Part shown: positions 10,211 through 18,286 of the stretch, piece after piece | Position numbering within the stretch: the stretch's first letter is position 1 | Layout: every line of letters begins with the position of its first letter | Source: an uncultured Fidelibacterota bacterium | GTDB taxonomy: Bacteria; Fidelibacterota; UBA8477; JABMPR01 | Assembly: GCA_937888365.1 (NCBI GenBank) | Contig: CALBFA010000043.1 | Span: 12,498-76,497 of the forward strand | Direction of reading: 5' to 3' | DNA: 64,000 nucleotides | Made by a program: the position numbers and the translations under genes | The notes under the pieces: model-generated | Databases searched by the model: none | The model's input: only the letters and a program-made list of their open reading frames with translations | What the model was told of the DNA's origin: nothing

Positions 10211-11221
10211 ATGACGCACTCAACACTTAAAACCCAGAACCCAAATCTTATTTTAGTAATAGGCGGTGCAGGGTACATTGGAAGCCATATTGTGGCTGAT
10301 TTATTGGCTGAGGGTCACGACATTACGGTTTTTGATAACCTTTCGACGGGATTTAAAGAAAATATTCCCCGAGGTGTCAATTTCTACCATGGAGACATCC
10401 TAAATAAAGGCGATTTAAAGGGTGTATTTCAACAACCTTTCGATTGTGTGATGCATTTTGCGGCTCTAAAGGCGGCGGGGGATTCGATGCTAAATCCATC
10501 GAAATATGCGGAGCATAACATTAGCGGATCCATCAATATTCTTGACGCAATGCTCGCGGCAAATGTTAAAAACATAATCTTTTCGTCTTCGGCGGCGGTT
10601 TATGGGGCTCCGGAATATCTGCCTGTTGACGAAAAACATCCGACACATCCCGAAAACTTTTATGGCTATACTAAACTCGCCATAGAAGACATCCTAAATT
10701 GGTATGCGAAGCTTAAAAATATTAATTTTGCGGCGCTTCGTTATTTTAATGCGGCGGGTTATGATGCCTTGGGACGAGTGTCTCAACTCGAACGAAATCC
10801 TGCAAATTTATTACCTATCGTGATGGAAATTGCATCAGGCATGCGTAAAAAAATGCAGATTTTCGGTGATGATTATGACACACACGATGGAACTGGCGTA
10901 CGGGATTACATCCACGTGAACGACTTGGCAACGGCTCATATCAAAGCGATGAATTTTATTATGGAAAACAACCAAAGCTTAACCGTAAATTTAGCGACGG
11001 GTGAAGGATTTTCTGTTTTAGACGTCATCAAAGCGGTGGAGAAAATCACGGGGCAAAAAATAAATTACGAAATTGTAGCACGACGTCTCGGTGATCCAGC
11101 CGAACTAATCGCCCAAGCGTTACGGGCGGACGACATCTTGAAATGGAAGGCGAAACATTCTTCTTTAGAAAATATTTTGGAAACGATGTGGCGTGTGTAT
11201 AGAATACATCGACAGAATTAA
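10211..11221 (+). CDS. galE: UDP-glucose 4-epimerase
   Basis: Rossmann motif VIGGAGYIGSH and YGYTK catalytic motif, with GalE-like length. GTG 10169 would add a poly-Lys/Arg leader, so ATG 10211 is preferred. Confidence 0.85.
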   Translation: MTHSTLKTQNPNLILVIGGAGYIGSHIVADLLAEGHDITVFDNLSTGFKENIPRGVNFYHGDILNKGDLKGVFQQPFDCVMHFAALKAAGDSMLNPSKYAEHNISGSINILDAMLAANVKNIIFSSSAAVYGAPEYLPVDEKHPTHPENFYGYTKLAIEDILNWYAKLKNINFAALRYFNAAGYDALGRVSQLERNPANLLPIVMEIASGMRKKMQIFGDDYDTHDGTGVRDYIHVNDLATAHIKAMNFIMENNQSLTVNLATGEGFSVLDVIKAVEKITGQKINYEIVARRLGDPAELIAQALRADDILKWKAKHSSLENILETMWRVYRIHRQN

Positions 11222-11552
11222 AGTACGCGGAGGATACATAATTACTTTTGCCGATCATCATCCCCGTATAAAAATCGAGAAAAGCGATAAAAAACATGAT
11301 TAAATGCTCATGTGACGATTGTCAAAATTACAACATTTTGCTGGAAAAGACTTTCGAAATCGGGCGTTAATATTAGTATATCTCGGTCTCTAAGGATTGA
11401 TATTTACTAACAAATAAACGCTGAAAAGCATCCATAGAGATACAATAATTTTATCCATCGTGATCCACAATATTGGGACTCACCGTGGCGGAGCCGTGCG
11501 GTGAAGGTTAATTATTAATGAAAAGAAAAAGCACGACCACAAAGGGAAAATT

Positions 11553-11625
11553 GTAAGGTAAGCATCTTGCTTGCGAAAAAAGTCTAACACCAAGCTACAC
11601 AAAGAAGCACTAAGTTTCACAAAGA
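11553..11625 (+). repeat. Module B copy 1 (hairpin gtaaggtaagcatcttgcttgcg plus CACAAAG-rich tail)
   Basis: gtaaggtaagcatcttgcttgcgaaaaaagtctaacaccaagctacacaaagaagcactaagtttcacaaaga. Confidence 0.8.
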
Positions 11626-11760
11626 GGAAATTAAGTAAAGAAAGAACACGTGAAGCGAATGTTTCGCTTTTAACTTGATAAATTCTCTGTGCTCTCTGCG
11701 TAAATCTCCGTTTCCTCTGTGGTTAAAAGAGTCTCATATTATCTCATAGACTAAAATAAC

Positions 11761-11892
11761 GTAGAGCAAAAAACACTCTCCTCCATGCTAAGGAGGAGTA
11801 CCCGCCCGTTTGCGGGGGAGGTGGTAGAAAGTACTGCCTCATAAACAAATCCACTCAATCCTTGAAATCCGTGTCCAATATTTTTTACTTTA
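11761..11892. repeat. Element A copy 1 (~133-nt structured dispersed repeat)
   Basis: gtagagcaaaaaacactctcctcc..aaggaggagtacccgcccgtttgcgggggaggtggtag...atccttgaaatccgtgtcca..ttttttactt. One of five near-identical copies, all in the same orientation. Confidence 0.85.
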
Positions 11893-11951
11893 CCGTTATA
11901 AGAAAACAAAACAGTCCTCAAATGAACACAAATGGTTTAAATGGAAAACTT

Positions 11952-11986
11952 GTCACCTGTCACCCGTCACTCTTCACGCGTCAATT
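11952..11986 (+). repeat. Heptanucleotide array (5 units, GTCACNN type)
   Basis: gtcacct gtcaccc gtcactc ttcacgc gtcaatt. Strict 7-nt register. Confidence 0.8.
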
Positions 11987-12174
11987 CCCTCCGTGGTAAT
12001 TATTTTTAAGACGACACAGGAGATTTTCAACACAATGACAATGCCAAAATTATTTAAACGTCAATCGCATTTTTTTCATAAAAATACTTGTCCTTAACTA
12101 TTTAGCGAATACTTTAACGAATAAATGACGCATCAAAGCGTAAATATGGAAAACGAGAGATAAACTAATAAATT

Positions 12175-12858
12175 ATGAGGGAAAAAATGAAAAAATTATT
12201 GTTACTGATTTTCATGATTGTAGTAGCCCTACCTTTGATGGCTCAAGACGACATGATGATGGAAGATTCTACTGTAATGGAAGAAGTTGTAATGGATTCT
12301 ATGGCAACAGTTGTTGATACTGTCGCTGCAGAGTTAACAGATGTCGCTGAAGAAGCCGTTGCTGCCGTTGAAGAAATGGTCGAAGCACCAAAAGCCGAAG
12401 GCATGAAGGGTATTTTCGTCGCTCCACAATTTAACTATATCCTTTTCAAACCTTTAAATTCGGGTGGTTCAGGAATGAGCTATGGCATATCAGTTGGTAC
12501 ACCTGTTATGTTTGATTTATTCGGAATGAATGCTCATGTTGTTGTGGATTTAGGCATGGTCAGTGAAGGTACAGATGCAGCGGTTGAAGGTTTTGTTGCA
12601 ATGGCAGGTTTTTTGACTAAAGTCGCCAAACTTCCTTTTGGTTGCGTTGTTGTTGACTCAAAATTAGGTTGGGCTGGCGAAGGTTTTGGTGCTAATCTTT
12701 CTGCAAATATTGTTTATCCAGTTGCTGGTATGCCTTTAAAAATTGTTGCTAAAGTCGGTGCTGGTGGTGGTTTAATGGCAGATGATGCAGGTGCATTCAA
12801 CCATGTATTCTTTGGACTTGCTGCTAACTACAGCTTGGATGACTTACTCAACAAATAA
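12175..12858 (+). CDS. Hypothetical secreted protein with Met/Glu/Val-rich N-terminal region
   Basis: Signal peptide MKKLLLLIFMIVVALPLMAQD, then an acidic low-complexity segment and a Gly/Ala/Val-rich C-terminal half with alternating hydrophobicity. Followed by a terminator hairpin. Confidence 0.6.
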   Translation: MREKMKKLLLLIFMIVVALPLMAQDDMMMEDSTVMEEVVMDSMATVVDTVAAELTDVAEEAVAAVEEMVEAPKAEGMKGIFVAPQFNYILFKPLNSGGSGMSYGISVGTPVMFDLFGMNAHVVVDLGMVSEGTDAAVEGFVAMAGFLTKVAKLPFGCVVVDSKLGWAGEGFGANLSANIVYPVAGMPLKIVAKVGAGGGLMADDAGAFNHVFFGLAANYSLDDLLNK

Positions 12859-12880
12859 ACGAGTAAAAATAGTTGATTTT

Positions 12881-12908
12881 AAAAACCCCGGCTTGCTGGG
12901 GTTTTTTG
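12881..12908 (+). terminator. Intrinsic terminator downstream of 12175-12858
   Basis: aaaaaCCCCggcttgctGGGGtttttt: a G/C stem flanked by an A-run and a T-run, 23 nt after the stop codon. Confidence 0.7.
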
Positions 12909-12971
12909 TTTGATGGACGTGATGCCGTTTTGGGCTTCCAGTTCCCCGCAGATTGCGCAGAAAAAAAAATT

Positions 12972-13044
12972 GTAATGTAAGCCTCTTGCTTGCGGAAAAG
13001 TGTAACACCAAGGCACACGAAGAAACACCAAGTTTCACAAAGGG
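12972..13044 (+). repeat. Module B copy 2 (diverged hairpin)
   Basis: gtaatgtaagcctcttgcttgcggaaaagtgtaacaccaaggcacacgaagaaacaccaagtttcacaaaggg. Confidence 0.75.
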
Positions 13045-13120
13045 AAAAAAGTAAAAAGATAGCGAAAAATACAAAAACATCACACAAAGCCACGAAGCCA
13101 CAAAGAAATATTATCTCTCA

Positions 13121-13149
13121 TTCCCCTCCCAGGAGGGGTAGGGGTGGGT
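13121..13149 (+). repeat. Module C copy (CCCCTCC..GGAGGGG palindrome plus AGGGGTGGGT)
   Basis: ttcccctcccaggaggggtaggggtgggt. Confidence 0.8.
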
Positions 13150-13206
13150 CACTCTGATCAGCCAGTGGGCGGAGAAGCATCTCCTCAAGTCTCATAGCAA
13201 AAAATA

Positions 13207-13340
13207 GTAAGGTAAGCATCTTGCTTGCGAAAAAAGTCTACTACCCTTCGACAAGCTCAGTGCAGGCGCAGTCGCACGAAGCCACAAAGAGAAAAAGTCT
13301 ACCACTAAGTTGCACAAAGAAGCACCGAGTTTCACAAAGA
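13207..13340 (+). repeat. Module B copy 3 with an internal insertion of a ttcgacaagctcag module
   Basis: The hairpin is identical to copy 1. The tail is interrupted by ctacccttcgacaagctcagtgcaggcgcagtcgcacgaagccacaaag. Confidence 0.75.
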
Positions 13341-13354
13341 AAAGCATTATTTTA

Positions 13355-13384
13355 TTCCCCTCCAAGGAGGGGTTAGGGGTGGGT
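13355..13384 (+). repeat. Module C copy
   Basis: ttcccctccaaggaggggttaggggtgggt. Confidence 0.8.
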
Positions 13385-13507
13385 AAGAATTACAAATGAT
13401 AAATTACAAATGTATATAACAGCCGTATTTTTCTAAAATCAAATATAATTTTCTCTGCGTTCTCTGTGGTTAAAAGAGTCTCATGTAATCTCATAGACTA
13501 AAATAAC

Positions 13508-13640
13508 GTAGAGCCAAAAACACTCTCCTCCTTGCGAAGGATGAGTACCCGCCAGTTTGCGGGGGAGGTGGTAGAAAAGCACTGCCTTATAAATAAATCC
13601 ACCCAATCCTTGAAATCCGTGTCCACTATTTTTTACTTTT
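13508..13640. repeat. Element A copy 2
   Basis: Same element. Hairpin 1 carries one stem mismatch (aaggaTgag) and a loop change (gcg). Confidence 0.85.
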
Positions 13641-13821
13641 CCGTGACACACCTACTACAATAAGACACACGAGATTCTTCATGGCGTTGGATTATGTCAT
13701 CCTGAGCAGTGGAGTGCAGCGTAACACCCGTCGAAGGATATAGAAAGAAAAAATGAATGATTAATCTTAAATATTTCATGTCCAACACTTCGACAGGCTC
13801 AGCATGACATGAAACGGTTTT

Positions 13822-13870
13822 GTCACTTGTCACCCATAACTCATAACTCGTCACATGTCACTCTTTACTT
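13822..13870 (+). repeat. Heptanucleotide array (7 units)
   Basis: gtcactt gtcaccc ataactc ataactc gtcacat gtcactc tttactt. Lies 109 nt upstream of pal. Confidence 0.85.
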
Positions 13871-13978
13871 TTTTTATTTATAATTTAACATTTAGCATTT
13901 GTAATTTTCAACTATATTACGCCGAACAAAAAGGCGCTAACAAAAATTTACGCCTAAACCCTAAGGAGGGGATAAAAT

Positions 13979-14581
13979 ATGAGAAAGATAACCCTTGTTT
14001 TAATGATGCTGGTGATGGGGAGTGCTGCCCTGTTTTTTATGTCGGGATGTTCCAAAGAGAAGAAACAAGTGCCTGCAAATGACACAACAGTTGTCGAAGA
14101 GACAACCGCTGTTCGAGAACCCGTTAAAGAAACCGCTCCAACCAGCGATATGGTAGCCAAACAAGCAGATGCTGCTGCTGCGGAAAAGGCTAAGGCAAAA
14201 GTCCAAGCCAAAGCTGCAGCTAAAGTGCTACAGGATGAAAAAAATGTTTTTGAATCTGAAAAAATCCATTTTACCTACAACAAATCTGTTTTGGCGCCAT
14301 CTGCTCAAAAAGTATTAGAAAAGAAAGCCGACTGGTTGATTAAACATCCCAGCTATTCAGTACGTATCGAAGGTAATTGCGATGAGCGAGGCAGCAATAA
14401 ATACAACCTTACCCTGGGAGCCGATAGAGCTAGATCTGCTGAGAAATACCTTGTAAATATGGGTATTGCAGCAAACCGTATTTCCACAGTTAGCTACGGC
14501 GAAGAGAAGCCAGCTGATCCGAGCCATAACGAAAAGGCTTGGTCTCAGAATCGGAGAGATGAGTTCAAACTTATCAAGTAG
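13979..14581 (+). CDS. pal: Peptidoglycan-associated lipoprotein (OmpA-family)
   Basis: Lipobox FFMSGC. OmpA-like domain motifs NCDERGSNKYNLTLGADRARSAEKYL and VSYGEEKP. Confidence 0.85.
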   Translation: MRKITLVLMMLVMGSAALFFMSGCSKEKKQVPANDTTVVEETTAVREPVKETAPTSDMVAKQADAAAAEKAKAKVQAKAAAKVLQDEKNVFESEKIHFTYNKSVLAPSAQKVLEKKADWLIKHPSYSVRIEGNCDERGSNKYNLTLGADRARSAEKYLVNMGIAANRISTVSYGEEKPADPSHNEKAWSQNRRDEFKLIK

Positions 14582-14599
14582 TGACTTGCCGACTCTTGG

Positions 14600-14660
14600 C
14601 ATGTTTACGATGTTGAGAGTGAGGTTCAACTACAATTTGGTTGACCCACTCAACACATAA
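14600..14660 (+). pseudogene. Remnant of the 3' end of a paralogue of the 12175-12858 gene
   Basis: The reading frame ends ..RVRFNYNLVDPLNT-stop, against ..GLAANYSLDDLLNK-stop at 12858. aactacaatttggttgacccactcaacacataa matches aactacagcttggatgacttactcaacaaataa at 26 of 33 positions, followed by an identical downstream flank. Confidence 0.45.
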
Positions 14661-14685
14661 ACGAGTAAAAATAGTTGATTTTAAA

Positions 14686-14713
14686 AACCCCGGCTTGCTG
14701 TGGTTTTTTTGTC
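14686..14713 (+). terminator. Duplicated, slightly degenerate copy of the 12881 terminator, downstream of pal
   Basis: aaaaaccccggcttgctgtggttttttt. One stem mismatch relative to the 12881 copy. Confidence 0.55.
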
Positions 14714-14739
14714 TTACGGACGTGATGACGTTTTGGTTG

Positions 14740-14794
14740 AAAAGTGTAACACCAAGGCACACGAAGAAACACCAAGTTTCACAAAGGGAAAAAA
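14740..14794 (+). repeat. Module B copy 4 (tail only)
   Basis: 55 nt identical to 12996-13050. Confidence 0.85.
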
Positions 14795-14952
14795 ATAAAT
14801 CATTCCATCAGACAGCGCAGAATTTCGCAGAAATAATATATAGTTTAGAGCAGCCCATGACTTTAGTCGTGGGGGCAATTTGGAAAAAAACTTTTTTTAT
14901 AATCGTTAATCTCTCAGTAGTAAAATCTTCGGGGTTTCACGAGATCGCAATA

Positions 14953-15007
14953 ACCTACCCCTAACCCCTTCTCCCGACGCGTTGGTCGGGATTTTCAACG
15001 AAAGGGG
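14953..15007 (-). repeat. Module C copy, inverted, with a nested hairpin inserted in its loop
   Basis: acctacccctaaccccttc-tcccgacgcgttggtcggga-ttttcaacgaaagggg. Confidence 0.7.
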
Positions 15008-15024
15008 AACTAACTTTATCTTGT

Positions 15025-15121
15025 GTCGCTCATCACCCGTCACCTGTCACTCAAAACTCATAACTCATAACTTGCACTCGTCACCTGTCACATTTTGTAA
15101 TTTGTAATTCACCACTTTCAC
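15025..15121 (+). repeat. Heptanucleotide array (14 units, one 6-nt unit)
   Basis: gtcgctc atcaccc gtcacct gtcactc aaaactc ataactc ataactt gcactc gtcacct gtcacat tttgtaa tttgtaa ttcacca ctttcac. Ends 12 nt before the dppB-like ATG. Confidence 0.85.
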
Positions 15122-15133
15122 TTACCTTGCCCC

Positions 15134-16057
15134 ATGATTCAATTTATCATTCGCCGCATCCTTGAGCTCATTCCCGTAATTATAGGTATAATTTTACTCA
15201 CATTCATTCTCATGTACATTGTTCCTGGCGATCCCGTATTGAGTATGGTGGGTGAACGTTATGACGAAGCGACTCTAGAAATCCTGCGAGAACAATTCCA
15301 TTTAAATCAATCGCTACCCACTCAATTTTTTCATTATTTGAATGGTTTAATCCATGGTGATTTAGGCATTTCATTTGTGAATCAACAACCCGTTACGAAA
15401 CTCATAATGGAACGTTTCCCCGCAACAATGATTTTAGCACTAGGCGCCATGTTTATCTCCATATTATTAGGACTCTCTGTAGGTGTCATTTCAGCCATCA
15501 AACCCCATAGCATTATAGATCGCGCAGCGATGCTGTTTGCGTTGGCGGGGATATCGATGCCTGTATTCTGGGTGGGATTATTACTCGTGTTGGCAGCTCA
15601 ATCAATGGGTTGGCAATATCTCAGCGGCTATGGTTGTTGGGCCTATTTAGTGTTACCAGCCATCACACTGGGAACACGATCTGCTGCATTTCTCGCACGC
15701 GTTACACGAGCCAATATGCTTGAAGTTCTGAATCAAGATTATATACGAACTGCAAGAGCAAAAGGATTGAGTCAACTTATTGTCATTACAAAGCACGCCC
15801 TTAAAAACACACTTATTCCGATTGTCACCATTATTGGTGTTGATTTTGGTTCGTACTTGTCGGGAGCTGTATTGACAGAATCGATCTTTAATTGGCCGGG
15901 TATTGGTCGGCTAGCATTGAATGCAATTATGCAGCGAGATTTTCCCGTTATTCAAGGAACGGTTCTCGTCACGGCGTTGGTTTTTGTAACATCCAATTTT
16001 ATCGTCGATATTCTTTATGGTTATCTCGATCCGCGGATAAGAATTGAGAAATCATAA
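15134..16057 (+). CDS. ABC transporter permease, peptide/nickel type (DppB/OppB-like)
   Basis: N-terminal FIIRRILELIPVIIGI and EAA-like loop DYIRTARAKGLS, characteristic of the BPD_transp_1 OppB family. Confidence 0.85.
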   Translation: MIQFIIRRILELIPVIIGIILLTFILMYIVPGDPVLSMVGERYDEATLEILREQFHLNQSLPTQFFHYLNGLIHGDLGISFVNQQPVTKLIMERFPATMILALGAMFISILLGLSVGVISAIKPHSIIDRAAMLFALAGISMPVFWVGLLLVLAAQSMGWQYLSGYGCWAYLVLPAITLGTRSAAFLARVTRANMLEVLNQDYIRTARAKGLSQLIVITKHALKNTLIPIVTIIGVDFGSYLSGAVLTESIFNWPGIGRLALNAIMQRDFPVIQGTVLVTALVFVTSNFIVDILYGYLDPRIRIEKS

Positions 16058-16233
16058 ATGATTAATTTTAAAACGATTTCATTGATGGTGCTCGGAAAAG
16101 GAGCAAATAGGAGATCATTATTCCCTTCTTGTTGCCAATCCGGAATTCAATTCCCCTCTGCCCGACCTATGTGTCCGTCGAAGGATAAAGAATGAAAACG
16201 ATGAAAGTTCCATCACAGGAATAAGGAAATAAA

Positions 16234-17103
16234 TTGAGTCGCAAAGAAACCATAAGCGCTGAAACAATTCGCAAATTGAGTCACAATCCGATGGCAATTT
16301 TCGGTTTATTTCTCGTCCTACTTATTATAACAGTGGGGGTTTTTGCCCCCGTTTTTGCGCCGAATAATCCTTACGAGACAAACCTTGATATAAGTCTCCA
16401 AGCACCGTCAATGTCGCACTGGCTCGGCACAGACGAAGAAGGTCGTGATGTTTTATCTCGCATCATTTACGGTGCGAGGATTAGTTTAAAAGTCGGCTTT
16501 TTAGCCAGTACCATCAGCTTAATGATTGGTTCGCTTTTAGGTTTGATTGCCGGTTTTTTGGGTGGATGGCTTGATAAAATCATCATGCGTTTTACGGACG
16601 TTATGTTTGGCTTCCCAGCTCTTCTCTTTATGATTGGTATTACGGCTGCCGTTCCACGGCCTGGTATTGAAATTACAATGATTGCTATTGGCCTTGTCTC
16701 CTGGCCAAGTATGGCAAGAATTATGCGATCGCAAGTGCTAATGATTGCCAATAGAGAATATGTTTTGGCGGCTCAAGCATTGGGTTTTTCCAAAGCACGA
16801 CAAATGTTTCGACACGTTTTGCCCAATAGCCTTGCCCCCGTTATTGTTGCCTTTACAATGAGTATTGCAGGAGCGGTTATGGCAGAGGCATCATTGTCAT
16901 TTATTGGCTTAGGCGCTCAACCTCCAGAGCCCAGTTGGGGTTCTATGATTGCTTTTGGACGCGCACATCTACGAGGTGAATGGTGGATTTCTATTTTTCC
17001 AGGACTCGCAATTGCACTAATGGTTTTAGGGTTCAATCTTTTTGGTGAGGGGCTCCGTGATGCTCTAGATCCAACCATGAATGTTGATAAAAACGAACAA
17101 TAG
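16234..17103 (+). CDS. ABC transporter permease, peptide/nickel type (DppC/OppC-like)
   Basis: HWLGTDEEGRDVLSRIIYGARISL and EYVLAAQALGFS motifs typical of OppC/DppC. TTG start. Confidence 0.85.
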   Translation: MSRKETISAETIRKLSHNPMAIFGLFLVLLIITVGVFAPVFAPNNPYETNLDISLQAPSMSHWLGTDEEGRDVLSRIIYGARISLKVGFLASTISLMIGSLLGLIAGFLGGWLDKIIMRFTDVMFGFPALLFMIGITAAVPRPGIEITMIAIGLVSWPSMARIMRSQVLMIANREYVLAAQALGFSKARQMFRHVLPNSLAPVIVAFTMSIAGAVMAEASLSFIGLGAQPPEPSWGSMIAFGRAHLRGEWWISIFPGLAIALMVLGFNLFGEGLRDALDPTMNVDKNEQ

Positions 17104-17129
17104 CCACCAAGTCGCAAAGAAAAACGATA

Positions 17130-17176
17130 GTAAGGTAAGCATCTTGCTTGCGGTTGAAATAATCTTGTGCAAAGAG
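17130..17176 (+). repeat. Module B copy 5 (hairpin, diverged tail)
   Basis: gtaaggtaagcatcttgcttgcggttgaaataatcttgtgcaaagag, starting 27 nt after the dppC-like stop. Confidence 0.7.
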
Positions 17177-17202
17177 AAAAAAACTACTACGGAGCATGTC
17201 CC

Positions 17203-17230
17203 GTAACCAGTAACACGTGACACGTAACAA
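17203..17230 (-). repeat. Heptanucleotide array, inverted orientation (4 units)
   Basis: gtaacca gtaacac gtgacac gtaacaa. This is the reverse complement of the GT(C/T)ACNN register. Confidence 0.6.
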
Positions 17231-17312
17231 GAAAAAATAAAGACTCACACCCTTCGACAAGCTCAGGACAGGCGCCGTTGCACTAAGCCACAAAGAAAAA
17301 GCTTATTTTTTA

Positions 17313-17341
17313 TTCCCCTCCAAGGAGGGGCAGGGGTGGGT
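17313..17341 (+). repeat. Module C copy
   Basis: ttcccctccaaggaggggcaggggtgggt. Confidence 0.8.
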
Positions 17342-17347
17342 TTCTTT

Positions 17348-17417
17348 GTCACGTGTCACTCATAACTCAAAACCCATCACTCGTCACTCGTCACTTGTCA
17401 CACGTTTCCTGTCACCC
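17348..17417 (+). repeat. Heptanucleotide array (10 units)
   Basis: gtcacgt gtcactc ataactc aaaaccc atcactc gtcactc gtcactt gtcacac gtttcct gtcaccc. Confidence 0.85.
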
Positions 17418-17463
17418 TGAATGAAATGAAGGGTCCCCTCAAGTCTCATAGCAAAAAAATAGT

Positions 17464-17596
17464 GTAGAGCAAAAAACGCTCTCCTCCTTGCTAAGGAGGA
17501 GTACCCGCTAGTTTGCGGGGGAGGTGGTAGATTGCACTATCTCATAAACAAATCCACCCAATCCTTGAAATCCGTGTCCACTATTTTTTACTTTTT
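17464..17596. repeat. Element A copy 3
   Basis: Same element. Differences fall mainly in the hairpin-2 loop (cccgcTAgtttgcggg) and the central spacer. Confidence 0.85.
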
Positions 17597-17723
17597 CGTT
17601 ATAAGAAAACAAAACAGTCCTCAAATGCACACAAATGAACACAAATGGTTTAAATGGAAAGCCTGTCACTTTGCCACCATTTTATGCTTCGACGGACGCT
17701 TGCGCTGCTCAGCCAGACAAATG

Positions 17724-17751
17724 GTGACTTGTCACTCGTTACTTGTCACCC
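17724..17751 (+). repeat. Heptanucleotide array (4 units)
   Basis: gtgactt gtcactc gttactt gtcaccc. Confidence 0.7.
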
Positions 17752-17925
17752 TGCTCAGCCAGTTGGCGGAAAAGAGTCCCATGCAATCTCATAGACGAAA
17801 GTACAGCAAAACGACGCACGAGATTCTTCATTACGCTTTGCTCCATTCAGAATGACAAAACTAACGCAAACCTGTCACCCTGAGCCCGTCGAAGGGTCTC
17901 CTCAAATCTCATAGACTAAAATAGC

Positions 17926-18059
17926 GTAGAGCAAAAAAAACACTCTCCTCCTTGCTAAGGAGGAGTACCCGCCAGTTTGCGGGGGAGGTGGTAGAAAGTA
18001 CTGCCACAAAACAAATCCACCCAATCCTTGAAATCCGTGTCCACTATTTTTTACTTTTT
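17926..18059. repeat. Element A copy 4
   Basis: Same element, close to the consensus. Confidence 0.85.
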
Positions 18060-18136
18060 CGTGACACACGAGATTCTTCATTGCGCTTTGCTTCATTCAG
18101 AATGACAATATCTGGGTTTTTCACGCGTTCGCAAAA

Positions 18137-18164
18137 ACCTACCCCTAACCCCTTCTGGAAGGGG
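18137..18164 (-). repeat. Module C copy, inverted
   Basis: acctacccctaaccccttctggaagggg. Confidence 0.8.
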
Positions 18165-18192
18165 AACTAGCTTTCTCTTGTGCACAACGATA

Positions 18193-18265
18193 GTAAGGTA
18201 AGCATCTTGCTTGCGAAAAAAGTCTACCACCAAGTTCCACGAAGAAGCACCGAGTTCCACAAAGA
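18193..18265 (+). repeat. Module B copy 6
   Basis: gtaaggtaagcatcttgcttgcgaaaaaagtctaccaccaagttccacgaagaagcaccgagttccacaaaga. Confidence 0.8.
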
Positions 18266-18286
18266 AAAACAAAAGCAAAAAATAGC

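Noticed and set aside
12844-13101. Overlapping minus-strand ORFs of 85 and 81 aa
   Set aside because: Both fall inside repeat module B and the terminator flank. The same sequence recurs at 14740-14794, so these are repeat-derived reading frames, not genes.
13633-14211. Short ORFs 13633-13854(-), 13855-14082(+), 13954-14211(-), 14000-14206(-)
   Set aside because: The first two are built from heptad arrays and hairpin modules. The last two are antisense shadows of pal.
14466-14964. ORFs 14466-14660(+), 14574-14762(-), 14641-14964(+)
   Set aside because: They span the pal 3' end and repeat modules. Only the last ~13 codons of 14466-14660 look like a genuine coding remnant, which is reported as a pseudogene fragment.
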